Assembly: GCF_009914755.1 (NCBI RefSeq)
Contig: NC_060925.1
Source of the DNA: the human T2T-CHM13v2.0 reference genome, Homo sapiens
Strand: one strand, 5' to 3'
DNA length: 64,000 bases
The translations under genes were made by a program, and so were the position numbers. Below the pieces are notes generated by a model. The model made no database searches, was not told the origin of the DNA, and worked only from the letters and a program-made list of their open reading frames with translations. Below, piece by piece: positions 29,296-46,764 of this stretch; the stretch's first letter is position 1, and every line of letters begins with the position of its first letter.

Positions 29296-31970
29296 TAAGT
29301 TGCGCATTCCTAACCCCCAAATCCAAAATGGTCAAATTTGAAAATTTTCAAGCATGACATGACACCACAAATGAGGAAAGAAAAGATGCCTGACCTCCTT
29401 ACATATGCACACCACAAGTGGAAAATTTCACACATAACCTCATTCACATGATGAGTTGCAGTCAGTCAAAATGCAGGCATGCAACACACAGTTTATTCAG
29501 CCTTCTCAAGACAAATAGACCCACCCAGCCCCCATCAGCTGCAATACATCTTTTCTACCCAATGCCCAGATTCCCCCATGCAAGCACACTCACAAAGGGT
29601 AATAAAAATGACACACGTGCAGGCCGGATGTGCCAATAGCAGGTTCCCCATGATGCCCCATGGGGAGCCAAGATGGCATGTATTACTCATTGTGTTTTTT
29701 TGCTTATTCTCTGCTCTGTGGTATAAAGATATTGTTGAAAATGTCAAAAAGGTCTGCATATGGGTAATAGTAATAAGAAAAAGAGAACACATTTATGTTT
29801 GTCTGTAGAACAGATACTGAACAGCAGTCTAAGTGTGAAATGTCTTATGGAAGAGTATGGTGTTGGAATGATCACCATGTATGAAAATAAGGATAAACTG
29901 TGGAATTTTTATGCTTAAAGTGATGAGCAGAATTTGATTAAAAATAGGAAAACACTGCATAAAGCTTAAAATGAAGATCTCGATTGTGTATTGAAGGAGT
30001 GGATCCATCAGCGTTGCAGTGAACACATGCCACTTAATAGTATGCTGATGGTGAAGCAAGCAAAGATCTATCAGAGTGAACTGAAAATGGAATGGAACTG
30101 TGAATATTCAACAAGCTGGTTGCAGAAGTTTAAGAAAAGACATGGCACTAAATTTTTAAAGATTTGTGGTGATGAAGTGTCTGCTGATCGTGAAGCAATG
30201 GAAAAATTTATTGACAAATTTGCCAAAGTCATCACTGATTAAAATCTGACACCATAACAAGTCTATAATGCTGATGAAACATTACTCTTTTGGTGTTATT
30301 GCCCCAGAAAGACACTGACTATGACTTATGAGATGACCCCTACAAGAATAATTGAGGATGCCAAGAACAGAATAGCTACTGGGATGTGCTAATGCAGCAG
30401 GCACATATTGGTATATACTTGCTGTGATAGTCAAAAGCTTACATCCTTGCTGTTTTCAAGAAGTGAGTTTCTTACCAGTCCATTATTATGCTAACAAAGA
30501 GGCATGTATCACCAGGAATATCTTTTCTGATTGGTTTCAAAATATTTTGTACCAGTAGCTTTTGCTCACTCTAGGGAAGTTGGACTGGATGATAACTAGA
30601 AGCTTTTGTTATTCCTTGACAACTGTTCTGCTCATCCTCCAGCTGCAATTCTATCAAAATAGTGTTTATGCCATGGACTTTCCCCCAAATGTGACATAAT
30701 TCATTGATCATGTATCCTTAAATCAATGAAAAGTAAATATACAAAACTTTTTTTTGGAACAGCATGCTGGCAGCAGTGAACAGAGGTGTAAGTATGGAAG
30801 CTTTCCAAAAGAAGTTCAGGATGAACGATGCTGTGTGTGCTGTTGCCAATGCTTGGAATCCAGTGACTAAATACACAGTTGTATATTTCTGGCACAACCT
30901 CTGGCCTGCAATGATGTTCAGTAATGATGATGAACCAGGTGGTGACTTTGAAGGATTCCACCTGTCAATTGAGAAAAAAAAGATATTTGACCTCCTTACA
31001 TACGCAAAAAATATATCTTCAGAGGCTGTCAGTAAGTTGGAAGAAGTAGATATTGAAGATGTTTTAACATTGATAATAAGCCTCTGGTTGTTCATTCACT
31101 GATTGATGGTGAAATAGCTGAAATGGTTCTGAATTGAGGTGATGGCGATAATAACGACAATGATGACATTGTTAACACTGCACAAAAAGTATCTGTAGAG
31201 GACATGGTGAAAATGTGTGATGGGTTTATTGAAGGACTAGGGCAGTGTGGATTTGCGATGGAACAAGAAATCATGTAGTATATAAAAAGAGAGATTGTTA
31301 AGACAAAAAGCAACACTGTTGATGAGGCAGATGACTTGAGGAAACATTTTAAAAATCTATCCAGCAGAACGCCTCCTCATTGCTAGGGGACCCATTTTCT
31401 GGTCCTTCAACTGCTTCTGATGTTTTTTCTCACCTTAAAAAAAAAAAAAAACCATACAGAGTACAGTAACCTTTTAGTCAGAACACAGCACTGCAGGTGG
31501 AGACTGAAAGCCTGTTGTTCGTTGCTGCTGTTGTCTGACAGCTGATACAGGGATTCTGGTGATGCTACTGTGCTGCTTAATTACCCTGAACACATGTTTT
31601 TTTAAGGTATTAAAGATAAATAATATTTTTTACTGTTAAGTACTTATGTGTGAATAAGTATAGGAACATGATTGCTTATTGGTAGCATTTACATTTAGAG
31701 TCAGGAAATGTGGTGATGCCAAACAACCACAGATTGTCCATATGGGTGGGTGGCTGAGATAGTGACACTTGTGCTTTCTGATGATTCAATGTACCTTTAA
31801 GCTATGTGTATAAAGTGTATATGAAACATAAATGAATTTCATGTTTAAACTTGGGTCCCACCCCCAAGATATCTCATTTTGTATATGCACATGTTCCAAA
31901 ATCTGAAAAAAAATCTGAAATCTGAAACACTTCTGGTTGCAGGCATTTTGGTTTAAGGATACTCAACCTG
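29296..31970 (+). mobile_element. Near full-length Tigger4 (Zombi) TcMar-Tigger DNA transposon with decayed Jerky/CENP-B-like transposase
   Basis: Right TIR ggatactcaacctg followed by TA; left TIR taagttgcgcattcc; HTH fragment 29991-30242 (WLQKFKKRHG); catalytic-motif remnants QVYNADETLLFW (30258) and LLLFLDNCSAHP (30603). Confidence 0.88.
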
Positions 31971-32005
31971 TATGTATGTTTTTGTAGGTGGCTTCTTTCA
32001 CCTAG

Positions 32006-32313
<308 letters not shown>

Positions 32314-32849
32314 TAGAATAATGTTTTTAAGGTCAATCTATGTTGTAGCATATATCAATAGTTTGCTACGTTTCATTGTTTCAATAGTATTCAGTTGCAT
32401 GGATATAGTATATTTTATTTATTCTTTCATTAGTTGATGGACACCTGGATTGTTTTCAGTTTGGGGATATTATGACCATTAATACATAAGTCTTTGTATG
32501 GAAAGAAGTTTGTATTTCTCTTGTGTAAATATCTACATGTGGAATTGCTGGGTTGTATAGTAAATAAGTGTTTAACTTTATGAGAAGCTGCCACACTATT
32601 TTCCAAAGTGGCTCTACCATTTTCCATTCCCACACGTATGAGAGTTCTAATTTCTCCACATCTTCACCAATACTGATTATCGTCTGTCTTTTAATTATTG
32701 CCACTCTAGTAAGAGTGTAGTAGTATCTTAGTTTGATTTTGAATTTTATTTCCGTAATGACTAGTGATGTGAGCATTTTTTCATGTGTTTATTAGTTATT
32801 TCTGTATTTCATTTGGAGAAATGTCTTTTCAACTTTTTTGGCCATTCTT

Positions 32850-33187
32850 TTGTTTTTGTTGTTGTTTTTTGTTTGTTTATTTTTGTTTGTTTGTTTTTTG
32901 AGACAGGGTCACTCTGTTGCCCAGGCTGGAGTGCAGTGTTGCGATCATAGCTCACTGAACCTTGAACTCCTGGGCTCAAACAATCTCTCGCCTCAATCTC
33001 CTGAGTCACTAGGACTACAGGTGCCTGCCACCATGCCCGGTAATTAAAAAAGATTTTTTTTTGAGATAGGGTCTTGTTATGTTGTCTAGGCTGGTCTCAA
33101 ACTTCAGGACTCAAGTGATCCTCCCACCTTAGCCTCCCAAAGCACTGGCATTACAGGCATGAGCCACCATGAGCATGAGCCACCAAC
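32850..33187 (-). mobile_element. AluJ
   Basis: gatcatagctcactg, ctgggctcaa diagnostics; flanking TTTTTGGCCATT duplicated. Confidence 0.9.
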
Positions 33188-34137
33188 CTTTTGGCCATTT
33201 TCAAATTAGGCTGCTTGTCTTCTTGTTATTGAGTTATATTAGTTATTTATGTATTCCGGATACAAATTCCTTTATCAGATGTATGATTCATAAACTTTTC
33301 TCCCAGTTTTTGCCTTGCCCTTTCATTGTCTAATGATTTTTTAGAAGAGCAAAAACGTTAATTTTGTTTAAGTTTTTTCTTTTGTGGATTATGCTTTTGT
33401 TGTCATATCTAAGAATTCTTTGCCTAATCAATGTCACTATTTTTCCCCTGTTTTCTTCTAAAAGTTTTATAATTTTACTTAGACATTAAGTCAATGATCC
33501 ATTTTGAGTTAATTTTTGTGTATACTATGAGGTGTCTATGTTCTTTTTTCTTTATGTTTTGTACATGTATATCCAACTGTCTCACAAACATTAGTTGAAA
33601 ACACTGTCCTTTCCCGAATTGAATTGCCTTACACTTGTCAAAAATCAACTGACCATAAATGGAAGAATTTATTTCTGGACTCTCAATTCTATTCTATTGA
33701 TCTATGTACCTATCCTGTGCCAATACTATATTGTCTCGATTATTGTACCTTTATTATAACTTCGAAATTGGGGAGTGTAAGTTCTCCAGCTTTGTTCTTT
33801 TTTCAAGATTATTACAGCTATTCTAGGTTCTTTGCATTTTCATACGCATTTTAGAATGAGCTTATCAATGTCTACCAAAGAAATTGCTCTGCTAGAAATT
33901 TTATAGGGATTGTGTTGAATCTATACTTCATTCTGGGGAGAATTGCTATCTTAAAAAGATTGAATCTCCAATTTATGAACATGAAATATAACTCCATGTA
34001 TTTAGCAATGTTTTATAGTTTTCATTGTATAAATCTTGTCCTTGCATTTCTTTTGTTAAATTGATTTCTAAGTATTTTATTCTTTTGATGCTATGAAATA
34101 TTCTTAATTTCCTTTTTTGGTTGTTTCTTTGCTAAAA

Positions 34138-34566
34138 CGATTGACCCTTGAACAACACAAGGGATTAGGGGTGCCAACTCCTGTAAATTCAAAAATTGGC
34201 ACATAACTTTTGACTCCCTTAAAACATAACTACTAACAGCTCACTGTTGACTAGAGCCTTACTGACATAAACAGTTGATTAACACATATTTTATGTTATA
34301 TGTGTTAGATACTGTATTCTTGAAAGTAAGCTAGGGAAAATAAAATGTTACTAAGAAAATAAAAAGGAAGAGAAAAATGTATTTACTATTCATTAAGCAA
34401 GTGAATCATCTTAAAAGTCTTTATCCTTGTCATTTTCATGAGTATGCTGAGGAGGAATAGGAAGAGGAGGAGTTGGTCTCACTGTCTCAGGGGTGGCAGA
34501 GACAGAAGAAAACCCACGTCTAAGTGGACCCTCATAGAAATCTGTGTTATTCAAGGATCAACAGTA
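34138..34566. mobile_element. Tigger2a/MER28-like MITE
   Basis: ttgacccttgaacaac ... ttcaaggatcaacag termini; homologous to 54503-54944. Confidence 0.85.
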
Positions 34567-35962
34567 CATGAAATACAACTGACTTTTGTAGATTGGTCCT
34601 GTATCCTGCAGACTTGCTAAATTTATTAGTGCTAATAGATTTTTTAAATGTGTGGATTTATTAGGATTTCTTTTTTACATACAAGATTATGTTGTCTGTG
34701 AATAAAGGCAGTTTTACTTCTTCCATCCAATTAGAATAACTTAAATTTTTTTTCTTGCCTTATTAAACTGGCTGAAACTTTGGTAAAATGTTTAGTAAAA
34801 GGAACAAGAGTAGAGAACATTGCCTAATTCCCAATTTTAGCAAAGAAAACACTGAATCTTTTATTATTAAGTATGGTATTTGCTATAGTTTGTTTATAGA
34901 TTCCCTTTACCAAGTTAAAGAAGTTCCCTTGTATTCCTATTTTGTTGATAGTTTTTATTACTGATGGGTGCTGGATTTTTAAAATGCTTTTTCTACATCT
35001 ATTGAGATGATTACATGGGTTTTCTTAATTCCATCAATATGGTATATTACACTATTGATTTTTGAATACTAAACAACTTGAATTCTTTGCATAAATTCCA
35101 CTTAGTGATGGCATAGAATTCTCTTTATATCTTTCTAGATCCAGCTTCTTAAAATTTTAAGGATTTTTGCATTTATGTTCACAATGGATATCAGTTTGTG
35201 GTTTTCTTTTCTTGAGATGTCTTTGTTTGACTTTTGTATCAGGGTAATACTGGGTTCATATAATGTATTTGGAAGTGTTTCCCTTTACTCTTTTCTAAAA
35301 GTGTGAAGTATTAGAATTATTTATTTTTTAAATATATGTTAGAATTCACCATTGAAGTCATTTGGAGTATTTCTTTGTGGAAAGATTTTAAATTACCAGT
35401 TCAATGTCTTTGCTTGCTATAGATCTATTGATATTTTCCAACTTCTCTTGAGTCAGTTTAGGTAATTTGTGTCTTTCTATAAATGTGTTCGTTTCACGTA
35501 AACTGTCCAATTTGTTGGTACAAAGTTGTTCATAATATTCACCTATAATCCTTTAATTTTAAGGTTGGTAGTGATTGCCCCACTTTTTTTCCTGATATTG
35601 GTAATTTGTGTCTTCTTTTGTTTTTTGATCAGTCTAGCTAAAGATTTGTCAATTTTGTTATTTTTTTCAAGGAATCACCTTTTCGTTTCATAGATTTTTC
35701 TCTATTATTTTTCTTTTTTCTATGTCATTGTTTTCTTTTTTAAAAAATTTTATTATTATTATACTTTAAGTTTTAGGGTACATGTGCACAATGTGCAGGT
35801 TTGTTACATATGTATACATGTGCCATGTTGGTGTGCTGCACCCATTAACTCGTCATTTAGCATTAGGTATATCTCCTAATGCTATCCCTCCCCCCTCCTC
35901 CCACCCCACAACTGTCCCCGGAGTGTGATGTTCCCCTTCCTGTGTCCATGTGTTCTCATTGT

Positions 35963-39801
<3,839 letters not shown>

Positions 39802-39849
39802 TTATTTTGCTCGTTAGTTGATGCAGTTTCTTCTTAGCCTTGATGGTCT

Positions 39850-40862
39850 TTACATTTTGGCATGTTTTTGCAGTGGTTGGTACCGGTTGTTCCTTTCCAT
39901 GTTTAGTTCTTCCTTCAGGAGCTCTTTTAGGGCAGGCCTGGTGGTGACAAAAATCTCTCAGCATTTGCTTGTCTGTAAAGTATTTTATTTCTCCTTCACT
40001 TATGAAGCTTAGTTTGGCTGGATATGAAGTTCTGGGTTGAAAATTCTTTTCTTTAAGAATGTTGAATATTGGCCCCCACTCTCTTCTGGCTTGTGGAGTT
40101 TCTTCTGAGAGATCCGCTGTTAGTCTGATGGGCTTCCCTTTGTGGGTAACCCGACCTTTCTCTCTCGCTGCCCTTAACATTTTTTCCTTCAACTTTGGTG
40201 AATCTGACAATTATGTGTCTTGGAGTTGCTCTTCTCAAGGAGTATCTTTGTAGCATTCTCTGTATTTCCTGAATTTGAATGTTGACCTGCCTTGCTAGAT
40301 TGGGGAAGTTCTCCTGGATAATATCCTGCAGAGTGTTTTCCAACTTGGTTCCATTCTCCCCGTCACTTTCAGGTACACCAATCAGATGTAGATTTGGTCT
40401 TTTCATATAGTCCCATATTTCTTGGAGGCTTTGTTCGTTTCTTTTTATTCTTTTTTCTCTAAACTTCCCTTCTCGCTTCATTTCATTCATTTCATCTTCC
40501 ATCACTGATACCCTTTCTTTCAGTTGATCACATCAGCTCCTGAGGCTTCTGCATTCTTCACATAGTTCTCGAGCCTTGGCTTTCAGCTCCATCAGCTCCT
40601 TTAAGGACCTCTCTGCATTGGTTATTCTAGGTATCCATTCATCTAATTTTTTTGCAAGGTTTTTAACTTCTTTGCCATTGGTTTGAATTTCCTCCTGTAG
40701 CTCAGAGTAGTTTGATCGTCTGAAGCCTTCTTCTCTCAACTCATCAAAGTCATTCTCCGTCCAGCTTTGTTCCGTTGCTGGTCAGGAGCTGTGTTCCTTT
40801 GGAGGAGGAGAGGCGCTCTGGTTTTTAGAGTTTCCTGTTTTTCTTTTCTGTTTTTTCCCCAT
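39850..40862 (-). pseudogene. L1 ORF1p, disrupted
   Basis: ATG GGG AAA AAA CAG start at 40862; fragments in track (EQSLQEIWDYMKRPNL; KGKPIRLTADLS); stop at 40533-40535 plus frameshifts. Confidence 0.93.
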
Positions 40863-41479
40863 CTTTGTGGTTTTATCTACTTTTGGTCTTTGATGATGGC
40901 GACGTACAGATGGGTTTTTGGTGTGGATGTCCTTTCTGTTTGTTAGTTTTCCTTCTAATAGACAGGACCCTCAGCTGCAGGTCTGTTGGAGTTTGCTAGA
41001 GGTCCACTCCAGACGCTGTTTGCCTGGGTATCAGCAGCAGTGGCTGCAGAACAGCGGTGGCTCTAGAACGGCGGTGGGTGTAGAACAGTGAATATTGGTG
41101 ATCCGCAAATGCTGCTGCCTGATTGTTCCTCTGGAAGTTTTGTCTCAGAGGAGTACCTGGCCGTGTGAGGTGTCAGTCTGCCCCTACTGGGTGGTGCCTC
41201 CCAGTTAGGCTGCTCATGGGTCAGGGACCCACTTGAGGAGGCAGTCTGTCTGTTATCAGATCTCCAGCTGCGTGCTGGGAGAACCACTACTCTCTTCAAA
41301 GCTGTCAGACAGGGACATTTAAGTCTGCAGAGGTTACTGCTGTCTTTTTGTTTGTCTGTGCCCTGCCCCCAGAGGTGGAGCCTACAGAGGCAGGCAGGCC
41401 TCCTTGAGCTGTGGTGGGCTCCACCCAGTTGGAGCTTCCAGGCTGCTTTGTTTACCTAATCAAGCCTGGGCAATGGGCA

Positions 41480-41662
41480 ATGGCAGGCGCCCCTCCCCTA
41501 GCCTCACTGCTGCCTTGCAGTTTGATTTCAGACTGCTGTGCTAGCAATCAGCGAGACTCCCTGGGCATAGGACCTTCCGAGCCAGGTGCAGGATATAATC
41601 TCCTGGTGTGCCTTTTTTTAAGTCCGTTGGAAAAATGCAGTATTAGGGTGGGAGTGACCTGA
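41480..41662 (+). pseudogene. L1 antisense ORF0, truncated to 60 aa
   Basis: MAGAPPLASLLPCSLISDCCASNQRDSLGIGPSEPG...IRVGVT* matches primate L1 ORF0. Confidence 0.85.
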
Positions 41663-43012
41663 TTTTCCAGGTGCCGTCTGTCACCCCTTTCTTTGACTAG
41701 GAAAGGGAACTCCCTGTCCCCTTGCACTTCCCGAGTGAGGCAATGCCTCCCCCTGCTTCGGCTCACACCCGGTGTGCTGCACCCACTGTCCTGCACCCAC
41801 TATCTGGCACTCCCTAGTGAGATGAACCCGGCACCTCGGGTGGAAATGCAGAAATCACCTGTCTTCTGTGTCTCTCAAGCTGGGAGCTGTAGACCAGAGC
41901 TGTTCCTATTCGGCCATCTTGGCTCCACCTCTATCTCATTGTTTTCTAGTTTTGTCTTTATTACTTCCTTTCTTCTGCTTGCTTTGGGTTTAGTTAGCTT
42001 CTCTATTTCTAGTTTCCTATAGTGGGTGTTTAGGTTATTGATTTAATATCTCTCTTCTGTCCTAATGTAGGCATGTATAACTCTATATTTCCTGAACTTT
42101 AATCACTGCTGTAGCTGTATCCTACAATTTTTCATATGTTGAGTGTTTTTGTTTAGCTCAAAAATTTAAAAATTTTCCTACCGTTTTATTTGACAAACAG
42201 TTTAGATAGAAGTGTTTTAATTTTTAAGTATTTTGTGATTCCTTAAACTTCCTTCTGTTTTTGTCTAATTTAATTGCATTGTTTTTGAAGAACATACTTT
42301 TGATTATTTCAAACCTTCAAAATTTACTGAAACTTGTTTTTATGGCCTAGCATATGGTCTATTCTGGAGAATGTTCTATGTATGCTTGAAAGAATGTCTA
42401 TTCTGGTGTCCTTGAGTGGAATGTTTCATAAATATCAGTGAGGTCAAGTGGTAAGTTTAAGTCTTCTATATCCTTGCTGCTTTTCTGTCTAGTTGTTCTA
42501 TCAATTATTGAGAGTGGAGTATAAAAATCTCCATCCACCATTTTTGAGCACTGTCATTTCTTGCTCGGGTTATTGAAATAGCTTGGCACTCCTTATCCAC
42601 CATGCCTACTTTACTTTTTCCCATAGGATTTATCTTCACCTGACTTAGTATATATTTTATTTATATTCTAGAATATAAAGGTCCCATGCTGTCAGGCAGT
42701 TTTTATCACTGATGTATGCCTGGCACCAAGAACAGTACCTGACACATACTTGTCACTCAAAAATATAATATTTTTTTAATGTATGCATTCATCACCAAAC
42801 AAATGGCACCTTCTAGTTTCTCGGGTGAGTGTGAGACTCCTCATCCCACTATCTGGAATAATCTGAAGTGGGTCAATACCAGTGGAATCCTGAGAAATTC
42901 AGGGCAAAGGGTGGGAGATATAAGGGGGTAACTACTGCTACTGCTTTTGGCCACAGGGAGAAACTTTCCCTTTCTCCTTGTGTTTTTTGTTTGAATTTAT
43001 CTCTCCTTGAAT

Positions 43013-43314
43013 TTTTATTTTATTTTATTTTATTTTTGTCTCAACCTCATGGGCTCAAGCTATCCTCCCATCTCAGCCTCTTGAGTAGCTGAGGCTACAG
43101 GCATGCACCACCTTGCCCAGCTAACCTTTTTCTTTTCCTTTTTTTTTCTTTTTTTAAATTTTTTTTTCTTTTTTTCCTTTTTCTTATTTTTTTTTTAAGA
43201 GATGGGGTCTAACTCTGTTGCCCAGTCTGGTCTTGAGCTCCTGGACCCAAGTGATCCTCCCACCTCAGCCTCCCAAAGTGCTGGGATTAGAGGCATGTGC
43301 CACCACACCTGGCC
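43013..43314 (-). mobile_element. AluJ, partially deleted, with expanded T-rich middle linker
   Basis: Antisense Alu arms separated by ~70 bp T-rich tract. Confidence 0.85.
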
Positions 43315-44342
43315 TCCTTGCTCTTTGCATTTTCTAGTTATCAAAGTGGTAGGCACTTCAAGACCAGAACTGGATATAGGTATCAAGGAAATATGCCACT
43401 GTGCTTGATTTTGATCCAGACTATTTGGCTGCCTTCTCCAGGCAAAGGCATCAGGTGACCCTGTACATCTTAGTAGGTATTAAATCACAAGTGGGGAAGG
43501 AAAAGATGGGTTAAAACTTCAGAACAATACACAAAAATGTTTTCCCCTGCATCTGTACTTTTTCCTCCTGAATCTGAGACAAGTTTCCATAGGTGACTGG
43601 TTCAGGATTAGGTGCTCAGGACCCCGGCCAAGTATTGTTCCATTTTAGCATGATTGACACTATCTGCTTAGATACATGTCTTGGTGTAGCTTTGAAATTT
43701 AATGCATATCCTGCTTTGGAGGGCTGTAATATACAACAACTTCAGAAAAAACCAGCATGCACTATTTATTATTGAGTGCTTGGCATATGATAGCAAGATA
43801 CTTTTCATGTATCTGGCATATCAGTTACTTTACATAATCTATATGCTTAATCAATTAAAAATGAAAGAAAAGATTAACTGATATTTTTCTTTTACTTATG
43901 AAAATTAGGCCTAAGTTTTACAAACTTTTCTCATATGGTCTGTATAACCAACTGGAACTCAGGGAAGAGGTCTGGGCTGGAGAAAACAGTTTGGGCACCA
44001 TGAATAAATCTATGGTCATTAAAGCTGGGAGATGGGTCACGCCTTCTACAGAATGAGAAGGGGAAAGCATCTGGATAAAACTTTGAGGAACAGTGATGTT
44101 TAATGAGTAGAAGATGATGAGCCTGAAAAGGCAGAGAAGGAGCACACAGAAAGGTAGGAGGAAAATGAGGAGAATATTGTATCCAGGAAGGTATGCATCA
44201 TCTTTCTGAAAACTTGCAATTGTCCTTGCTTTGGGGGAGTCTCGCTACTGGTAAAGCACTTATCATTTAATAATAAATTCTCATTACGTGAATGATCCTG
44301 CAATTGTTCTTGACTCAAATAGTTCTCATGCAGAGATACTTA

Positions 44343-44740
<398 letters not shown>

Positions 44741-44773
44741 TGCTGTATTTTCATCAAAATAATTTCACTCCAG

Positions 44774-45060
44774 AGCTGGGCATGGTGGCTCGCACCTATA
44801 ATCCCAGCTACTCAGGAGGCTGAGGTAAGAGGATTGCTTGAGGCCAGGAGTTCAAGACCAGCCTGGGAAACATAGGACGACCTCATCTCTAAAAAAGTTT
44901 TTTAAAAATTAGCCAGACATGATGGTGTCTACCTGTAGTCCCAGCTACTCAGGAGGCTGAGGCAAGAGGATGGCTTGAGTCCAGGAGTTCAAGACTACAG
45001 TGAGCTATGATCATGCCACTGCCCTCCAGCCTGGGTGGCAGACTCAATCTCTTTAAAAAA
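44774..45060 (+). mobile_element. AluJ
   Basis: Diverged dimeric Alu. Confidence 0.9.
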
Positions 45061-45264
45061 TTACTTTACCTCAATCCTTGTGCACCCTGCAAGTATGATA
45101 TACTCTCTCAATGACTCCAGAATCCATCCGTGACCTTTTGGCATTCTAGCGGTAATTTGAATAACGTCAGTGAAACATGGCAATAGCACTGTACAAATAA
45201 ATTGAATTTATTATTACGGCTCTCCCATGATGAAATTATTTATTTTTGTGTTTAATTTTTTCAT

Positions 45265-45548
45265 TTTAAGAAAGAAAAGTCTTTCTGTTACCCAGGCTGG
45301 AGTGTAGTGGAATAATCATAGCTCACTGAAGCCCTCAACTCCTGGGCTCAAGTGATCCTCCCACCTCAACCTACTGAGTAGCTGCGACTACAGGTGCACG
45401 CTACCATGCCTGGCTCATTTAAACAATGTTTCTGTAGAGATGAGGTCTCACTTCGCCGCCCAGGCTGCGAACTCCTGGCCTCAAGCCATCCTCTAGCACT
45501 GGCTTCCCAAAGTGCTGGGATTACAAGCATGAGCCACCATGCCCAGCC
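45265..45548 (-). mobile_element. AluJ
   Basis: Antisense diverged Alu. Confidence 0.9.
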
Positions 45549-45727
45549 AGTCTTCAATATTTGTGGCAGTAAATAACCAATGAATTTTTATTTTAATGCT
45601 TTAGTCTCAATAACAAATTTATTTGTAAGAGTGCTATTTTATATGATTTATACATTCACTCATTCATCCATCAAACATATATTAAGTACCTACTGTATGC
45701 CAGACATATAATGTTAAGATGCATGAG

Positions 45728-45900
45728 GCATGGTTCTCAAGTTTAGGTGTGCACTGAAATCATATGGCAAACTTGCTAAAAATACTTATGACCCCATCCC
45801 ACTTTTTGTATTCAGTAGATCCAGGGTGGGTTTCAGAAATCTATTTATAGCAAGCTTTCCATGTGATTCTGATGCACAACAAGATCTTGGAACTATTGCT
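45728..45900. mobile_element. MER5-like MITE
   Basis: catggttctcaa...gattctgatgcac...ttggaactattg. Confidence 0.65.
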
Positions 45901-46764
45901 CTACATAAAAACATTTAGTGAAAAAATAAAATGTAATAAAGTATAAGAGGTGTCAGAAGTATACACAGGGTAGAGTATATATTACATTTTATAACATTTG
46001 TCTCTTACTATAGTAGTAGACTATGCACTCAACAATATTATTGCAATTTTTGACTGTAATAGAATATTTTATTAGGGTTTTGAAGCCCTAGCAGTATAAT
46101 TTACTTTCATTATACTGCAGACATTTTTAATGTCCTTAAAAATGATCATAAAGGTAAGAGGATGCTATAAAAATTCAAATGTTATTATATCTATGCTTAT
46201 AACTTACTTTAGTAAGACTGAGAAAAGCATCTGGTGGTTCCTACTTAAAACTCTGGAAAGCTTTACTGTGTCATTATAGGAGTAGTTGTCTTATAAATGA
46301 AAGTGTTCTTTTCTCTCTTTTTTCTTTGTCTGCAAGGCTCTTTTGCAGCCTGTTGATACAAAGCTTCAAACAGCATTCGAGGAATATTCATAGCAGTTTC
46401 CTACTAAGACTTCAGCAATGATGCAAAATGCAAAACTCTTGAGTCTTGCATTGTGGGAAACAAGCTTTCTTTTAAAAAATTATTGCTTTCTTCTTAAAAG
46501 GAGATACTCGTTCACCATGGCATTGACAAGGAAACTTAGGCTGTAAGAAACAGATCAACCAAAGTCCCATTGTAGGGAAGCTATGATATGCTTTGATTAT
46601 AAGACTTTACAAGAAGAGATGTCTATAGATAGAAGCAACTATTTAGCAAGTCCAACTCAAAGACCGAGTGAAAACAGCAACGGAAATGTGAAAAAAGTTC
46701 TGGAATTTCTTCAAAATGTCTTTTCAAAATGTCACTTGCTTTCGAATTAACACTTCAGGAAGTG

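Noticed and set aside
29991-31102. JRK/TIGD-like ORFs as a domesticated host gene
   Set aside because: Multiple stops and frameshifts with flanking TIRs: a neutrally decayed Tigger copy.
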